DNA from: Octopus sinensis
Taxonomy: Eukaryota
DNA length: 64,000 bases
Assembly (NCBI RefSeq): GCF_006345805.1
Contig: NC_043000.1
Coordinates: 38,254,001-38,318,000 of the forward strand
Reading direction: 5' to 3'
Made by a program: the position numbers and the translations under genes. Positions 50,321 through 63,742 of the stretch are shown piece by piece. Under the pieces are notes generated by a model. It made no database searches, had not been told where the DNA came from, and was given only the letters and a program-made list of their open reading frames with translations. Numbering within the stretch: position 1 is the stretch's first letter; each line of letters begins with the position of its first letter.

Positions 50321-50861
50321 AACGCGTCTAGAATTTGCGTAGCAGCATATATTCCAACTTTAAGTTCTGAGTTCAAATTCCGTCTTTCATTCTTTCGGGG
50401 TCAATGAAATAAGTAGAAGTTGTGCACTTGGGTCGATGTAATTTATTTATCCTCTCCTTGACCTTCTGCCTAGCTTTGAAACCATGTTTTCTTTCTAATT
50501 TTGGCACAAAGTCAGGAGTTGTGAGAGGAGGAGCAAATGAAGTACGTCGATCCAAGTACTTGATTGGTACTTTATTTATTGACACCGAAAGGATGAAGGA
50601 CAAAGTTGACCTCGGACGTACTTGAACGCAGAACGTAAAGAACCGGAAGAAAAGCTGCTTAGCAGTTCGTCCGATGCGATAAAAGTTTAGCCAGCTCGCT
50701 GCTTTGATGGCTTTTAATTTAGACCCGAGGCCAGAAATTTTGAGGGGAGGATTTAGTCAACTCCAGCAATACAACTACTTGTCTATTATTCGCTCGATCC
50801 CGAAACGATGCAAAGCAAAGTTGCCCTGGGCTGGATTTAGACACCACATATATATATACAC

Positions 50862-50904
<43 letters not shown>

Positions 50905-50905
<1 letters not shown>

Positions 50906-51280
50906 TATATATATACATATAAATATTTTATAATTATATGCACAATTATAACAAGAGGTTGGCTTTACGCCTCACCACGCACTGCTAGAAATAGACGCCA
51001 AAGATCCTATAACCACCTTCAAGTCTCCGAGAAATGACACACCGTAGGTAGGCAAGAGAACAATAATGAATCCCCAAGGTTTGTCAACTCCGTACACGAT
51101 CGGATTCCAAGCTTAAAGTAAAACTAAAATATTTTTACTTACCTTTGATATGGTGAGTTATTTCTCGGAGATTTTAAGGTGGTAATAGGAGTTTTAGCGT
51201 CTATTTCTAGAAGTGCGTGGTGAGGCGTAAAGTTAACCCTTTATTATAATTATGTATATAATGATAAAATATTTTATAAA
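50905..51280. mobile_element. Fold-back/MITE-like element with ~140-bp imperfect arms
   Basis: CTTTACGCCTCACCACGCAC-GCTAGAAATAGACGC ... GCGTCTATTTCTAG-AGTGCGTGGTGAGGCGTAAAG; arms ~50905-51043 / 51152-51280. Confidence 0.75.
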
Positions 51281-51379
51281 ATGTACATATGAGGTTTTTA
51301 TTTACACACTAAGTACCTGGTAAAATTATTATTGATTTTACCCTTTTATTATAATCTATACATACATATATATATTGTT

Positions 51380-51582
51380 TCTTTTATTCTTTTACTTCTT
51401 TCAGCCATTTGACTTCGGTCATGCTGGAGCATCGCCTTTAGTCGGACAAATCGACCCCTAGGTCTTATTCTTTGTAAGCCTAGTACTTGTTCTATCGGAC
51501 TCTTATGCCGCTAAGTGACGGGGACGCAAACACACCAGCATCGTTTATCAAGCGATGGTGGGGGCACAAACACAGACACAAA

Positions 51583-51613
<31 letters not shown>

Positions 51614-51795
51614 TTATATATGTATGTATATACACGACGAGCTTCTTTCAGTTTCCGTCTACTAAATCCACTCAGAAGGCTTTGGTCGACCCGTAGCTCT
51701 AATAGAAGACACTCCCCCAAGGTGCCATTCAGTGGGACTGAACCCGGATCCATATGTTTGGGGAGCGAGCTTCTTACCACACAGCCACTCCATAT
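51380..51795 (-). mobile_element. SINE family B with internal (TACA)n
   Basis: Family B match. Confidence 0.85.
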
Positions 51796-51826
51796 GCATA
51801 CACACACACACACCACACACACACAC

Positions 51827-51858
<32 letters not shown>

Positions 51859-51859
51859 A

Positions 51860-52385
51860 GTGGCTCTCATGGCTTCTGATCTTAACTGGTTGGAAGTGTT
51901 ATCATGTACATTGTTTTGTCTTGGTATAAAAGATGCGCTACAGCAAATATACTGCTCAATACCACAGATTTGCTTGTCAGTTGTTTGACCTTAATCAGTT
52001 GAGTATGTCCCTTAGTGGCTGACGATACGTATATCTCTGATCATGAGCAGAAGTAGTGGGGGAGCATCATAGCTGAGAGGGTTTCTTTAGGGTTTGGATA
52101 ATTCACCTTTGGAAACATGGGTGGTTCGTTCAACATCCTTAAACAACTCTTATTTAGGGACCTTTTGAGCGGGATGGGTTACTCGAGCAGAAGAAAATTC
52201 TAACTGGGCCCCACCTGCAAGGTCATGTGCTGCTTATCTTGATATGAGATCACCATGTCGCGCACACATGGTTGTGATGCATGTGCTTAGTGTACCCTTA
52301 TCAGACAAGTAGTCATGATGGGTATACTGGGCTTCGTATATTTTACCCCATTGTCACTTTGATGACATGCACTGCTCTCTCAATG
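51860..52385 (+). mobile_element. Family D copy 3, left-truncated, ends in (TAA)n
   Basis: Begins at GTGGCTCTCATGGC after (TA)n; right end retained. Confidence 0.8.
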
Positions 52386-52388
52386 ATG

Positions 52389-52447
<59 letters not shown>

Positions 52448-52488
52448 TTCATAAGTAACTAGAAGATGGAATTTGGTTAAATCTATTT

Positions 52489-52594
52489 TGTACCACGGTC
52501 GTTTCGACCCGTCCTGCTACTGTCCCTCATGGGTGGGGCTCCGTTCAACACGCTGTGTTGCATCCATTTTGCAGTCTGGCTCTCATCAGGCACA
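52489..52594 (-). ncRNA. Degenerate hammerhead-like motif with expanded helix II domain
   Basis: UGUGC-CUGAUGA-GAGCC...(~65 nt)...GGGUC-GAAA-CGACCG-UG-GUACA; N17=G is non-canonical. Confidence 0.35.
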
Positions 52595-52761
52595 TCTATA
52601 CATGACGTTGTGTCTCGCTAAAAACCCTGAGATTTGGCTGTCATGTTGTTACATGCCCGTCTGCGGAAGACACCAGGTAACCCACACCGTATCCGTGCTC
52701 TATTAAACACTTCAACATACTAATCGATAAATACTCTTTTGTCCAAAATATTAAATATATA

Positions 52762-53008
52762 TCGTTGCTATTATGCAAAATTGTCGTATGTCCAAAACGT
52801 TGCTTTTTCAGAAAATGAAAAATAGATTCACCATTCCATACCAAAACCGTTGTACTTCATTTCAACAAATTTTGATATCTTGGCATCTGAAGCAGCTGGA
52901 GATACGATAGTTTGATCAAAAGATCTGGCTAGGATTAAGCAAAAATATTGAAAAAATAAACGCATTTGGCCAAATCGGGACATGCAACAGTTTAACATAA
53001 TAGCAACG

Positions 53009-53009
<1 letters not shown>
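52762..53009. mobile_element. Tc1/mariner-like MITE
   Basis: About 35-bp imperfect TIRs starting TCGTTGCTATTATG, flanked by TA on both sides. Confidence 0.65.
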
Positions 53010-53048
<39 letters not shown>

Positions 53049-53207
53049 GCGTAGGAGTGGTCCTGTGGTAAGTAGCTTTCTTACCAACCACATGATTCCA
53101 GGTTCAGCCCCACTGCATGGCACCTTGGGCAAGTGTATTTTACTATAGTCTCGGGCTGACCAAAGCTTTGTGAGTGGGATAGTAGACGGAAACTGAAAGA
53201 AGCCCGT

Positions 53208-53241
<34 letters not shown>

Positions 53242-54514
53242 TGATTAAATGTATTAGGGGTGGTGTTGCATGTAATGTCGTTGACCCAAATTTAATGTTT
53301 CTTCTATAACCAACGCTTCTTTATCTTCGTCTCATTTATATTTGAGCAACTTCATTTGCAATCCCATAAACCTTTTCGTTACTATAATAAGGGACAAATA
53401 TTATTTCTTGTTGTATTCCTATATGTACACACAACGCACGCGCATATATGCATATATGTTGTGCGTACGTAGTTATATATATGCATACATGCATGCATGT
53501 ATATGTATGTACACACACACATATATATATGTGCACACACACACACACCACACACACACACATAAACATACTCAACCATACAGATCTGTATGTATATAAT
53601 GCACACGCACATATATATATACGCATAACTAAGGAGAGAGAGAAGCATAGATAGCTATATGTCGTCATAGAATATGCTTGAGAAAATCATGCTATCGCCG
53701 ACCTTTTTATACCAATTCCATAGATATTACTCCATATTCCCTCTTTTACTAATCTATTGAATTATTTCTGCATAAATAGTTTAGAGATGGATGCATCATC
53801 GTTTTGCTAGTAGTTCCCGCTAAGACTACAACATCGACACCATTTTATAACTAACTAAATTAGATTTCATATAGTAAATATTTTTATGATAGCAACCATG
53901 TTGCCATAACAACACTGTTGTCATAGTGATGATATTTTGCTGGTTCGTTAAGAAAAAAAATAAAGAAAGAATTTGTTTGATTGTTCTTTGGGTTTTTTTC
54001 TCTTAATGTAAACTACTTAAAGCCTGTCCAATTAACAGACATTTTGAAAAAAATATAAACTTCTAAATATTAGCTTCGAATTTTAGCACTAGGCCAGCAA
54101 GTGTGGGTGTTGGGTAAGTCAATCAGATCGACCACATTGCTCAACTAGTACTTATTTTATCGACCCCGAAAGGATGAAAAGAAGTGACAACCTTGGCGGA
54201 GTTTGAACTCGGAATGTAAAGACGGACGAAATGCCGCTAAGCATTTATCCACGCCTGCAAACGATTCCCCCAAATCGTTGCCTTTTGTAAACTTCTGCAT
54301 ATTACATTGTTTTTTGTTTCTTGTAAATTATGTTTCAATCATACGTTTTCGGGATTTGTTTCTTTGACTGTCGCAATATTCTTTGGACGCCTTAGAATTT
54401 TTCATTTGCCTCAGTCATTGGATCAGGCACCAACCCAAGTACATTTTTAGAAACCTACACTGTTTGCCAAGCCGTGATGTGGAGGGTAACACACATACAC
54501 ACACATACGCATTC

Positions 54515-55330
54515 ATGTATGCTCTCTTCTGTTTTTAATTGAATTCTCCCTCTGAGGAAAGATCTGGTTTCCAGCGAAGATACATAGTTGCATTGTTGGG
54601 ATCTAAATAACACAAACAATGACACATTTTGAGTCTGAGAAAAGTCTTGCAAATTTTTATTGTTCTGCTTACAGATTCTATTTGTAATGTTTGAGTTTGT
54701 TGGTTGATTCCTTTTCCTGAAAAAAAACTAGTTTATTCAGACAGTCAGTTAGGCACTTACTCACAGCCCCAAGTGCAACAATTTTTACTGATATAAATGT
54801 AAATTTATAATCTGAATATAGAAGCTGGGGGTTTCGAAACAGTCGTCCGTAATTATCCTCTTTCTCATTGATTTTCAAAGAGATATTCACCTTAGCAGGC
54901 TAGTTAACCTCTATGACGGTACATAATTTTTTCTTGTCTGTCTCAAATAACGCTCTACGACGTTTTAATGGGAATGTTCCACCAAATTCCTTGTGTTGAC
55001 CCTTGATTATGTATTCAAAAACAGATGGATTCTCTGTGTTTATTCCAGTTCAGTCTGTCTTTTTTAATGGTATGGTATACTGTTTTTGCGAAAATGACGT
55101 GTCGCGGAGCGAGGTAGCATCTTAATGACATTCAATAGCATCTTGGAACTGCCAGGGCTTCACTATACCGTTTGTTTATTAGGCATTTTGTAGCAATCTC
55201 CTGTTCTTGGATTGCAAATGCATAGCCTTCAGAGTGTGATGTGATGTAGAAGTCACGAGGCTAAGAGAGACAGTACTTCACGACAAAATGTCAGTAATTT
55301 AGTTTGATAGGACAAAGATTTGTGACTGGT
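54515..55330 (-). mobile_element. RLE-LINE 3' fragment (internally deleted)
   Basis: ITSHSEGYAFAIQEQEIATK, WWNIPIKT, NISLKINEKEDNYGRLFRNPQLLYSDYKFTFISVKIVALG. Confidence 0.75.
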
Positions 55331-55413
55331 CAGCTGTAGATGTAGAACTTATACATAATTGTTTTAGTTTATAAAATAGAATATAATCTCCAGAAAAATT
55401 CCAAATTCAAAAT

Positions 55414-55444
<31 letters not shown>

Positions 55445-55684
55445 GTGGTGGTATCTTCACTGTTGCTCTTCTTTTTCCATGTACACCGTGTGTCTGGGAC
55501 TACGTTTAACGATACGACCTTCAAATTGCATGAGAGAAGAGACTGTAATTTGAGGGCGTGTATGCATCTTCTTCAGACAAACCGAGCGACCACGCAAAAA
55601 GCTTGCTTCGGTGGATGACAAAAGCTTTGTGTATCACGTATACACACGCGCACGCTCACACATACACTCACACACACGCACACA

Positions 55685-55745
<61 letters not shown>

Positions 55746-56129
55746 CTGTAAACCTTTGTTCTGTGTTCGTGAAGGCACTCATGTTTTATTTATTGGATAT
55801 TTTATATTTGATAAAGGCGGTGTTAAAATATTGAGAGTTACTTCATAGATGAATAAACTGCTTCGCTTTATCGTCCAATATTTCATAAATTTAATGAAAT
55901 TGTAGAGAACAGCTGCTAAGAATTTGTGAATAACAACAGAGTAAATCACCAAATTTTTACGGATATGTTTGTGTGAGGGAGTGTGGTGTATGTATATCAT
56001 TGCTCAGTTTTATTTCATGACTTCTTGCCAATAGTGAAAGAGCTGACTTCTAACCTAGATCCAAAGCTCCTTCACTGGAATTTCAACATCAACAACAGGG
56101 TATTTTTGTTTGCTTGTTTGTTTGTTTGT

Positions 56130-56832
56130 ATGTGCAGACTTATATGTTTGCTATATGTATGTATTCCCATGCATATAGTTGCATATCTAGACATGCTCAT
56201 ATATATTTAAATGATAAGTTTTACAGATTTTTACAGTTCCAGTGATGTATTGGATCTCTAGTCTTCGAATTGACTTCTCCTTTCTGGTTTTGAAAAGCCT
56301 AATTTCTCAACATTAGTATTTAGGCAGTGTGTAACATGTCCCAGGGCCCCAATAATTACATGCATAAACTTGAACTTTTAATCTGGATAGAGTAACTGAA
56401 GATTTCTCAATAGTTCAGCGTAGGTTATCTCTTTTACGCTGGTCTTCAGCTTTATGTTAACATCCGCTGGGCAGCCAATTTCCACAATTGTACAGTTTCT
56501 CTTCTCTATCTCAAATCATTATCTCAGGTCTGTTATGCTTACATTTTATTGAGGCTTTCACCAGGACATTCCACCTGTACTCTTTTTCATTATGAGTGGC
56601 TATGGCTTCTACCATACTGTGCGTTCTTATTTCTTTGTCCTCAGGGTTATGTCTCCGACAGATTTCTTTATACAGTGTCCTAGCTACAACATCATATCTC
56701 ATCAGTGATGACATTTTCGGACAACTGCTTATGATATGGGTGATATCTTCGGTGTTGACTCCACAAAGTCTTCATCGGTTGTTACATTTCACTGCTTTTC
56801 CTGGATCTCTATCCCTTTTGTGCATCAGGTAC
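56130..56832 (-). mobile_element. RLE-LINE 3' fragment with CCHC knuckle and RLE domain, flanked upstream by (TACA)n
   Basis: NR*RLCGVNTEDITHIISSCPK (CCHC, first Cys mutated to stop), KHNRPEIMI, YAELLRNLQLLYPD, VIIGALG, GTVKICKT. Confidence 0.85.
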
Positions 56833-56919
56833 TTGATGTATGTATGTATGTATGTATGTATGTATGTATGTATGTATGTATATAATGTAAGTATATAATG
56901 TAGAGATGTATGTATGTTT

Positions 56920-57250
56920 GCTTCTGTTTTTAATTGCTTTAAGTCATACTATAAGAAAGGAGCTGTTTTCTAACAGCGATACAAAGCTCCAACATAAGAA
57001 GGTGGATAGCAAAAACAACGTCACGTTCTGCATATTTTTACTCTGTTTCTTACAGATTGCATTTGTAATTTGCATATGAAACGATCGAATTCTTTTTCTG
57101 AAAACTTTTGTTTTTTCAGGTATTTACAAACAAAACCAAGTGCACCAATTATTATTTGTATAAATGTGAATTCATAATCCGGATATAGATGCGGGAGGTT
57201 CTGGACCAGTTATCCATAGTTATCCTGTTTCTCTTTGATTTTGTAAGAGT
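56920..57250 (-). mobile_element. RLE-LINE C-terminus + 3' UTR ending in (TACA)n
   Basis: KIKEKQDNYG*LVQNLPHLYPDYEFTFIQIIIGALG...VKICRT; 3' terminus (CAATTAAAAACAGAAG) shared with the 54515 copy. Confidence 0.75.
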
Positions 57251-58092
57251 TGTATTTGTATGGACGTACGTACGCCTGTATGGGTTTGTCGGTGTCTCAA
57301 AGATGCGTACGTGAATGCGTATTTATAAGAGTGAATGTCTTGCGTTAATATCCGAACAACAATCCACGAATCAGCAGAAAGACTATTAACAAATCGAAGA
57401 TTCGAAACATCCGGTATTGTGTTAGTGGCCAGCTTTTTTTGTTTATACCGGATATACAAAGTTTGGAAAACAGTTTATCGCAAAGATTTGCGGAGAAAAA
57501 CAACAAAAACATACATACATACATACATACATACATACATACATACATACTACATACATACATACATACATACATACATCTTTACACTGGTTTCCTTACT
57601 GTATAGACAAATATAATAACTATATCAACAAAAAAGATGAAGAACAGCAGAAAAAAGAAAAAGCCAACCACACAACAAAGCTCATCATCATATTGATAAG
57701 TTTTGCTTCTGCAGATCTGTTCAAACATTCGACCGTGTTGTTTTATATGTTCTACATTAACAAGGAAAGGTCGGGTGAATTAACTTAATTTTCTCACTAA
57801 CTGTGAGAACAACCAGACTCGATTCTGTATCGTTCTGCTTAGGAAAGAGAATAAATCTTATAAAGAATATAAAATCTACATATTCGTCCAGAGGAGCGGA
57901 AATGATTGCTGCAGAAAGAAGCCTCTAAACGCTGACTCAAAACGCTGCTCTGCTATGCTGTGTGTGTATATTATACACTTAGGATAGACTCTAGTTGTTT
58001 GTGTACATATATACTAACATGTGTGTATATGTGTGCGTGAGTGTCTGCGTGTGCATGTGTGTATTTGTACAATTGTATGTACTTGTATATGT

Positions 58093-58129
<37 letters not shown>

Positions 58130-58175
58130 CACACACATATATATACATACACATATGTACAGTAAATACATGTAT

Positions 58176-58261
<86 letters not shown>

Positions 58262-58517
58262 ATCTATATATATATGTATATATATATAAATACGTTTCTA
58301 TATATATATCTACACATAAAAATATTTACATATGTGTATATGTACATATATTACACACATGTCCGCACACACACACACACACACACATATTCTTCATATA
58401 TATATGTGCATACAGATATGTGGATATTTCAGTTTATATCCGCGCGCGTGTATCTGACTGTGTCTGTGTGTATACATATGTGTGTATGTGTATGTGTGTA
58501 CATATATATATATATAC

Positions 58518-58568
<51 letters not shown>

Positions 58569-59582
58569 TGTGTGTGTAACGTACTCTGCGAGCAGTGTTG
58601 TTAATTAGTTTAACGAAATGAGGACGCCGTCCAAGCAAGTCTTATATTGAATACAAATTGTTTGAAAAACTGGCTGTAAACATTCCTAATTGAATCTATA
58701 GACTATAAATATAAAGATAGTAAATACTCGGCAAAGATTTACCTTTGATTTTGTGCAATAGACTGTGACGAACTGTAGCTACTCTATTGCATATGTTTCA
58801 AAAAGTTGTTTATATTCCTGATTGTATGGATCGATCCGACGGCATTTTGCAATGTCAGCCATTCCCAAGAATTAGCGAGGCGAATCAATGTTCATGCTTC
58901 TATAATCTTGCGTGCCGAAGACAACAGCTAAATTTACCATGTGCCTTAGAAATAAACCCAGCGTATGCTGAGCTGTAGGCTGACTAGAAATGTTCCATCC
59001 TAGAACCAAACCAAATTATTATTCGGATTATCAAAGAATATTTGCTGTGACCAGCCAAATAGTTGCAGATGAAAAATAATGTCGGAATTAAATTCTTGTC
59101 ACTTCGATAATTCTTTCCATAAACCAGGAATATTTTTTGGTGCGTTTTTTTTCTTTCTGTCTATATATGTATGTATATATATGCATATGTATATATATTG
59201 CACTATCTCTACATATTTTTTGTATTTCATAAGGGAATGTGTCTACATATAGAATTATTTTAGCATGCATATGTGTCTTGTGAACACATTTCTCTCCCAA
59301 TATAATGATGCTCACACTCCCCTCTCTCTCCCTCTCTCTCTCTCTCTTGCTATTCACACACATATATATGCACATACAGAGAGATTGGGAGAGAGATAGA
59401 GAGGAAGAGAGAAAGAAATAAATGAAATTATTTATATTTCGCACTATAAGTATTTTTTGGCGTAAGTAAATGTGTCCCTCTTTGTGTGTGTGTATGTGTG
59501 TGCGTACGTGTGTGTAAGCGCATATATATAGTATTATGTATTCATATGCTTATGTATAAATATATATGTATATTTATGTGTG

Positions 59583-59618
<36 letters not shown>

Positions 59619-59650
59619 CAACAACAACAACAACAATAATAATAATAATG

Positions 59651-59709
<59 letters not shown>

Positions 59710-61300
59710 TCAGCGTAAAATGTGGAATTCTGTTGAGATCACCCATATGGAATGCAACCGTATTTATTCAATAACATACTTCTGCAACATACAATGGCGG
59801 TTAAAAAACAAATGCTGAGCGCTCTAGACATGCCTAATCTTCATAAACAAGACGCTGCTATTTTCACGAAGCATTTCACTTCATTTGTTATGTTAATCTG
59901 TAATATGCATTATCTTGTATTAACTGCATTTTATCATAACTCAAATTTTAAACAATGCGACAGAAAAGAAATAATTATACTGCATTTTAAATGTTCTTTT
60001 GCTCCGTATTATTGGTTATTTTTTAAGAAAGGAGGATAAGGGCTAATGCGGCGTAGTAGTCGAGTCGTTAGCACTTTGGACAAAGTGGTTAGCTTGCTTT
60101 CTTCTGACTCTAGCTCTCAGTTCAAATACGATCGAAACCAGATTTTCCTTTCGTCCTCTCGAGGTCAAGTACTGAGGGTGATATAGCCAATTCTCCGCGC
60201 CTCAAAGCTGGCATTATGCCAAAATTAGAACAAAATCATTAGAGTTGGAGTGATGGAATAACAAAATTGTTAGGGCGCTGGAAAGAATAGTTTTTCGGTT
60301 TAAATTACGCTGCCTTATTTCCAAAAGTTCAATTCCTTGCAAGACAACCGGTTGGTCTCTCATCCTCCTGCATTCGATGAAGTGAATTATGGAGGTTGAT
60401 TTAAATGAAAAGCTCTTTCCAAAACATTCAACTTTGTTCTTAAATTCCTTTGTCTTTGTCTTTCTTTTCCTTGAGCCCCAGTAATCATATACCAGTTGCC
60501 TGGTTTCATGGCGTATAAGTGACTGTGATCACAACTTTCTCTTCGAACAGGATGCTGCTCTGTTGCACGGTTCAAGGTCAGCAATTATGAAGGGAGGGGG
60601 GCAAGTCGATTACACCGACCTCAGTATTTCACTGATTTTTTTATTCTATCGCCCCCAGAGGAGAGACAAGCCTAGTTGATCTCAGAAAGATTTGAACACA
60701 GAACGCCAGCAGCCGGAAGAAATACTATCAAGCTTTTCGATCTACGTGCCTGATCGCCGCCTTGGTATACATGCTTGGCTGGACCCAAACAATAATAGAA
60801 AACCAATTATCATTTTTCAACTTAAGTATAACCAAATTAACCCCAAATTTTCCTAATGACATTCAACAAAACTGATAAAATTGAATGGCTTCCTTAATAT
60901 TGTTGTCGTTTTCACCAACACCCTATAAATTTTCGGCTACTCCTGCCTTTTCCTTCGTCGTTTTTCCATCCCCGCTTCCTCGTTTTACTACTTTTTTCTC
61001 CTCACAAACTCCTTTTCTTTCAACCAGTCAAACTATCAGCTAAAATATATCTTTATATGTACCAAAACAGCACTAATATAACACACATGCTTTGCAACCA
61101 CATTACTTCACCCACAAGATGAACCAAATATACAAGCACACGTATACGCATTGATACATGTACATACACACACACAAACACACATACATATACACCCTCC
61201 CTGTACATAACTCCATGTCCCCCTACATGGCCTTGGTTTTTGCTTTTTGAGCCAAAAAATTAACTTAACTTAACTAACTTAACTTAACTATATATATGTA

Positions 61301-61530
61301 TACCAAAGTAAGCATATAAATGTGAAACAAGGTGGGGGAAAATAGTACTCGAATACCGGAGGTAGAGTAACATGCTTTATTATTATTAAAGCTGCAAAAA
61401 CATTCACAGAAATATCACAAAAATACTGCTACTCAGAGTTTCCGTTCCCTAACCCAAACTGTCTGACGAACGGAACGTGAAATTCTGAGTAGCAGTTTCT
61501 TGTGTGTGTTTTTGTAGCTTTAATAATAAT
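61301..61530. mobile_element. Fold-back mini-element family F1, copy 3
   Basis: Same head and inverted arms as 3201-3540. Confidence 0.8.
61459..61495 (+). ncRNA. Minimal type I hammerhead ribozyme motif
   Basis: CUGU-CUGACGA-ACG(GAA)CGU-GAAA-UUC-u-GAG-UA-GCAG; fully canonical core. Confidence 0.75.
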
Positions 61531-61919
61531 AATAATGAAGCACACACATACACACACACATATATGTATCACAAACGCTCACTCATACTCACCCTAATAG
61601 CAGCGCTGCCATTTTGTTTTTCCATTCCACACACACATGGGAGAATTACAATAAATATTCCTATACATTTACACATATTTTTTCGGTACATACTTCTGAG
61701 ACAAGAGGGACAAATTTATTGCAAGCGACAGTTTAGTAATCAATGCAAGATGGCGATGATTATGTTCCTGAACAATATTTTTCATTTCACGTTGTCTCAT
61801 TTCACATATACATATGCACGTACATACGCAAATACATATATATCGATTCATGTGCATATATGTGTGTGTGTATGTTTATGTATGTATTATAAGTATATAC
61901 ATTATATATTTATTTCTAA

Positions 61920-62310
<391 letters not shown>

Positions 62311-63229
62311 TAAATATGCAAATATACTCATATTTGCATATGTCATTACTTGGAGTAATTTCTCAACATCTCTCAGGTGGTATTTTTCGATTTATCTAAT
62401 TACATGCGAATATTACAAGATGGTTGCAAAGAGACACTTTTTTTTACTATTTTCTGGCATTTTTTAGGAACAAAAAATAAACATTTCTCTTCCTACAAGT
62501 CCACGTTGCTCCAGACTCCTCGAAATGTGTACAACATTATTGATTGCAAATAAATTCAAACTATGTATATATATATATAGTACATGGATAAAATGCGAGC
62601 AAGAGAAATAATATTCTTAAGATTATAAACCTGGAATATTTCTTTGCAAGGTTCAGGACAACGTATTATATCTGGTAAAATACAGAACGAGAAATTTTTA
62701 CTTTAAATACTGCAATTAAGGATAACATTTCAAATAAAATATTTAGATTCAGAAAATATTAACTTTTATTACTTCTATTTGTTATTACGTGTTACTTCTA
62801 TTAAAAATTAAAAATAACTGGTTTTTTGCACTTTGAAGAAATTCATTTTTGTAATTTGAAAATAGGTTATAAAAACATTGTAGTGCATTATTAGTTAGTA
62901 TAATAAATAAATAATATAAAAAGTAGTTATATATTACAGTAAAATCTACCTATAACAACAAATTCATTGTAAAAAAAGTTATTGCCAAGTCTTCACATTT
63001 TTAGTCTTGACCCAATACCTATTTTTGACATAACGAATTTGCCTACCATGTATACTGTCCTACTTTGCATAAAACTTTAGCTATATTGGTACTTCTGGCT
63101 CTCATTCTTTAAGTGTTCTGTTGTGTCAATATTTTAACAAAATGATGGTGCATTTTTTAATTATAATGCTACTTTATAAATTAAAGTCAACTAATTTTTA
63201 ATATTCAAATTTTATCCTTAGCTGCAATA

Positions 63230-63742
63230 TCTATATATATAAAACTGTAGTTGTATGAGTGTCTGTCCCCTTCGATTTAGATTCCTAACTACTCCCACAT
63301 TTTGCGGTGCAGTTTAACCAAATTCGGGTATCTTATAGTCGTGATTCATATCGAGCTCGTCTGAGTATTAGCGCGCGTCTACGATGAGTCTACGATTTTA
63401 AAAATAATTTAACATCATTTTTTATTCCATTTTAATGCATAATTTTTCGTGTGTCGATGGCGGCGGAGTTGGCGTCCATGGTCACACCTGCACCTGTTTG
63501 CTTCTCCCCCTTCTTCCCTCCTTCGTGAAGCTGTGGGGAAGGGAGTGTAAGGAAATCAACGTCGTAAAGCGTTGTCAAGGAGACCAGCGTTCTTTTAGAA
63601 CAACGACTTCATGGCTTGAACACACCAAAACAGAAATGGCTAAGAAAGCCCGAATTGGCATCTATTAGGGAAGTAACTCTCTAAAAATGCTTATATAGTT
63701 ATTTCCCTTACAAACCCGAGCAACGCCGGGCGATACTGCTAG
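63230..63742 (+). mobile_element. Non-autonomous Helitron (513 bp)
   Basis: A|TCTATATATATAAAA 5' end; subterminal hairpin CCCG-AGCAACGC-CGGG (63715-63730); CTAG|T 3' end; inserted between A and T with no TSD. Confidence 0.9.

Noticed and set aside
58640-59090. Unique-looking segment with short protein-like frames
   Set aside because: All frames are interrupted by stops; no recognisable motif
61261-61290. (TAACT)n short tandem repeat as a telomere-like seed
   Set aside because: Only ~6 imperfect units and not TTAGGG-type
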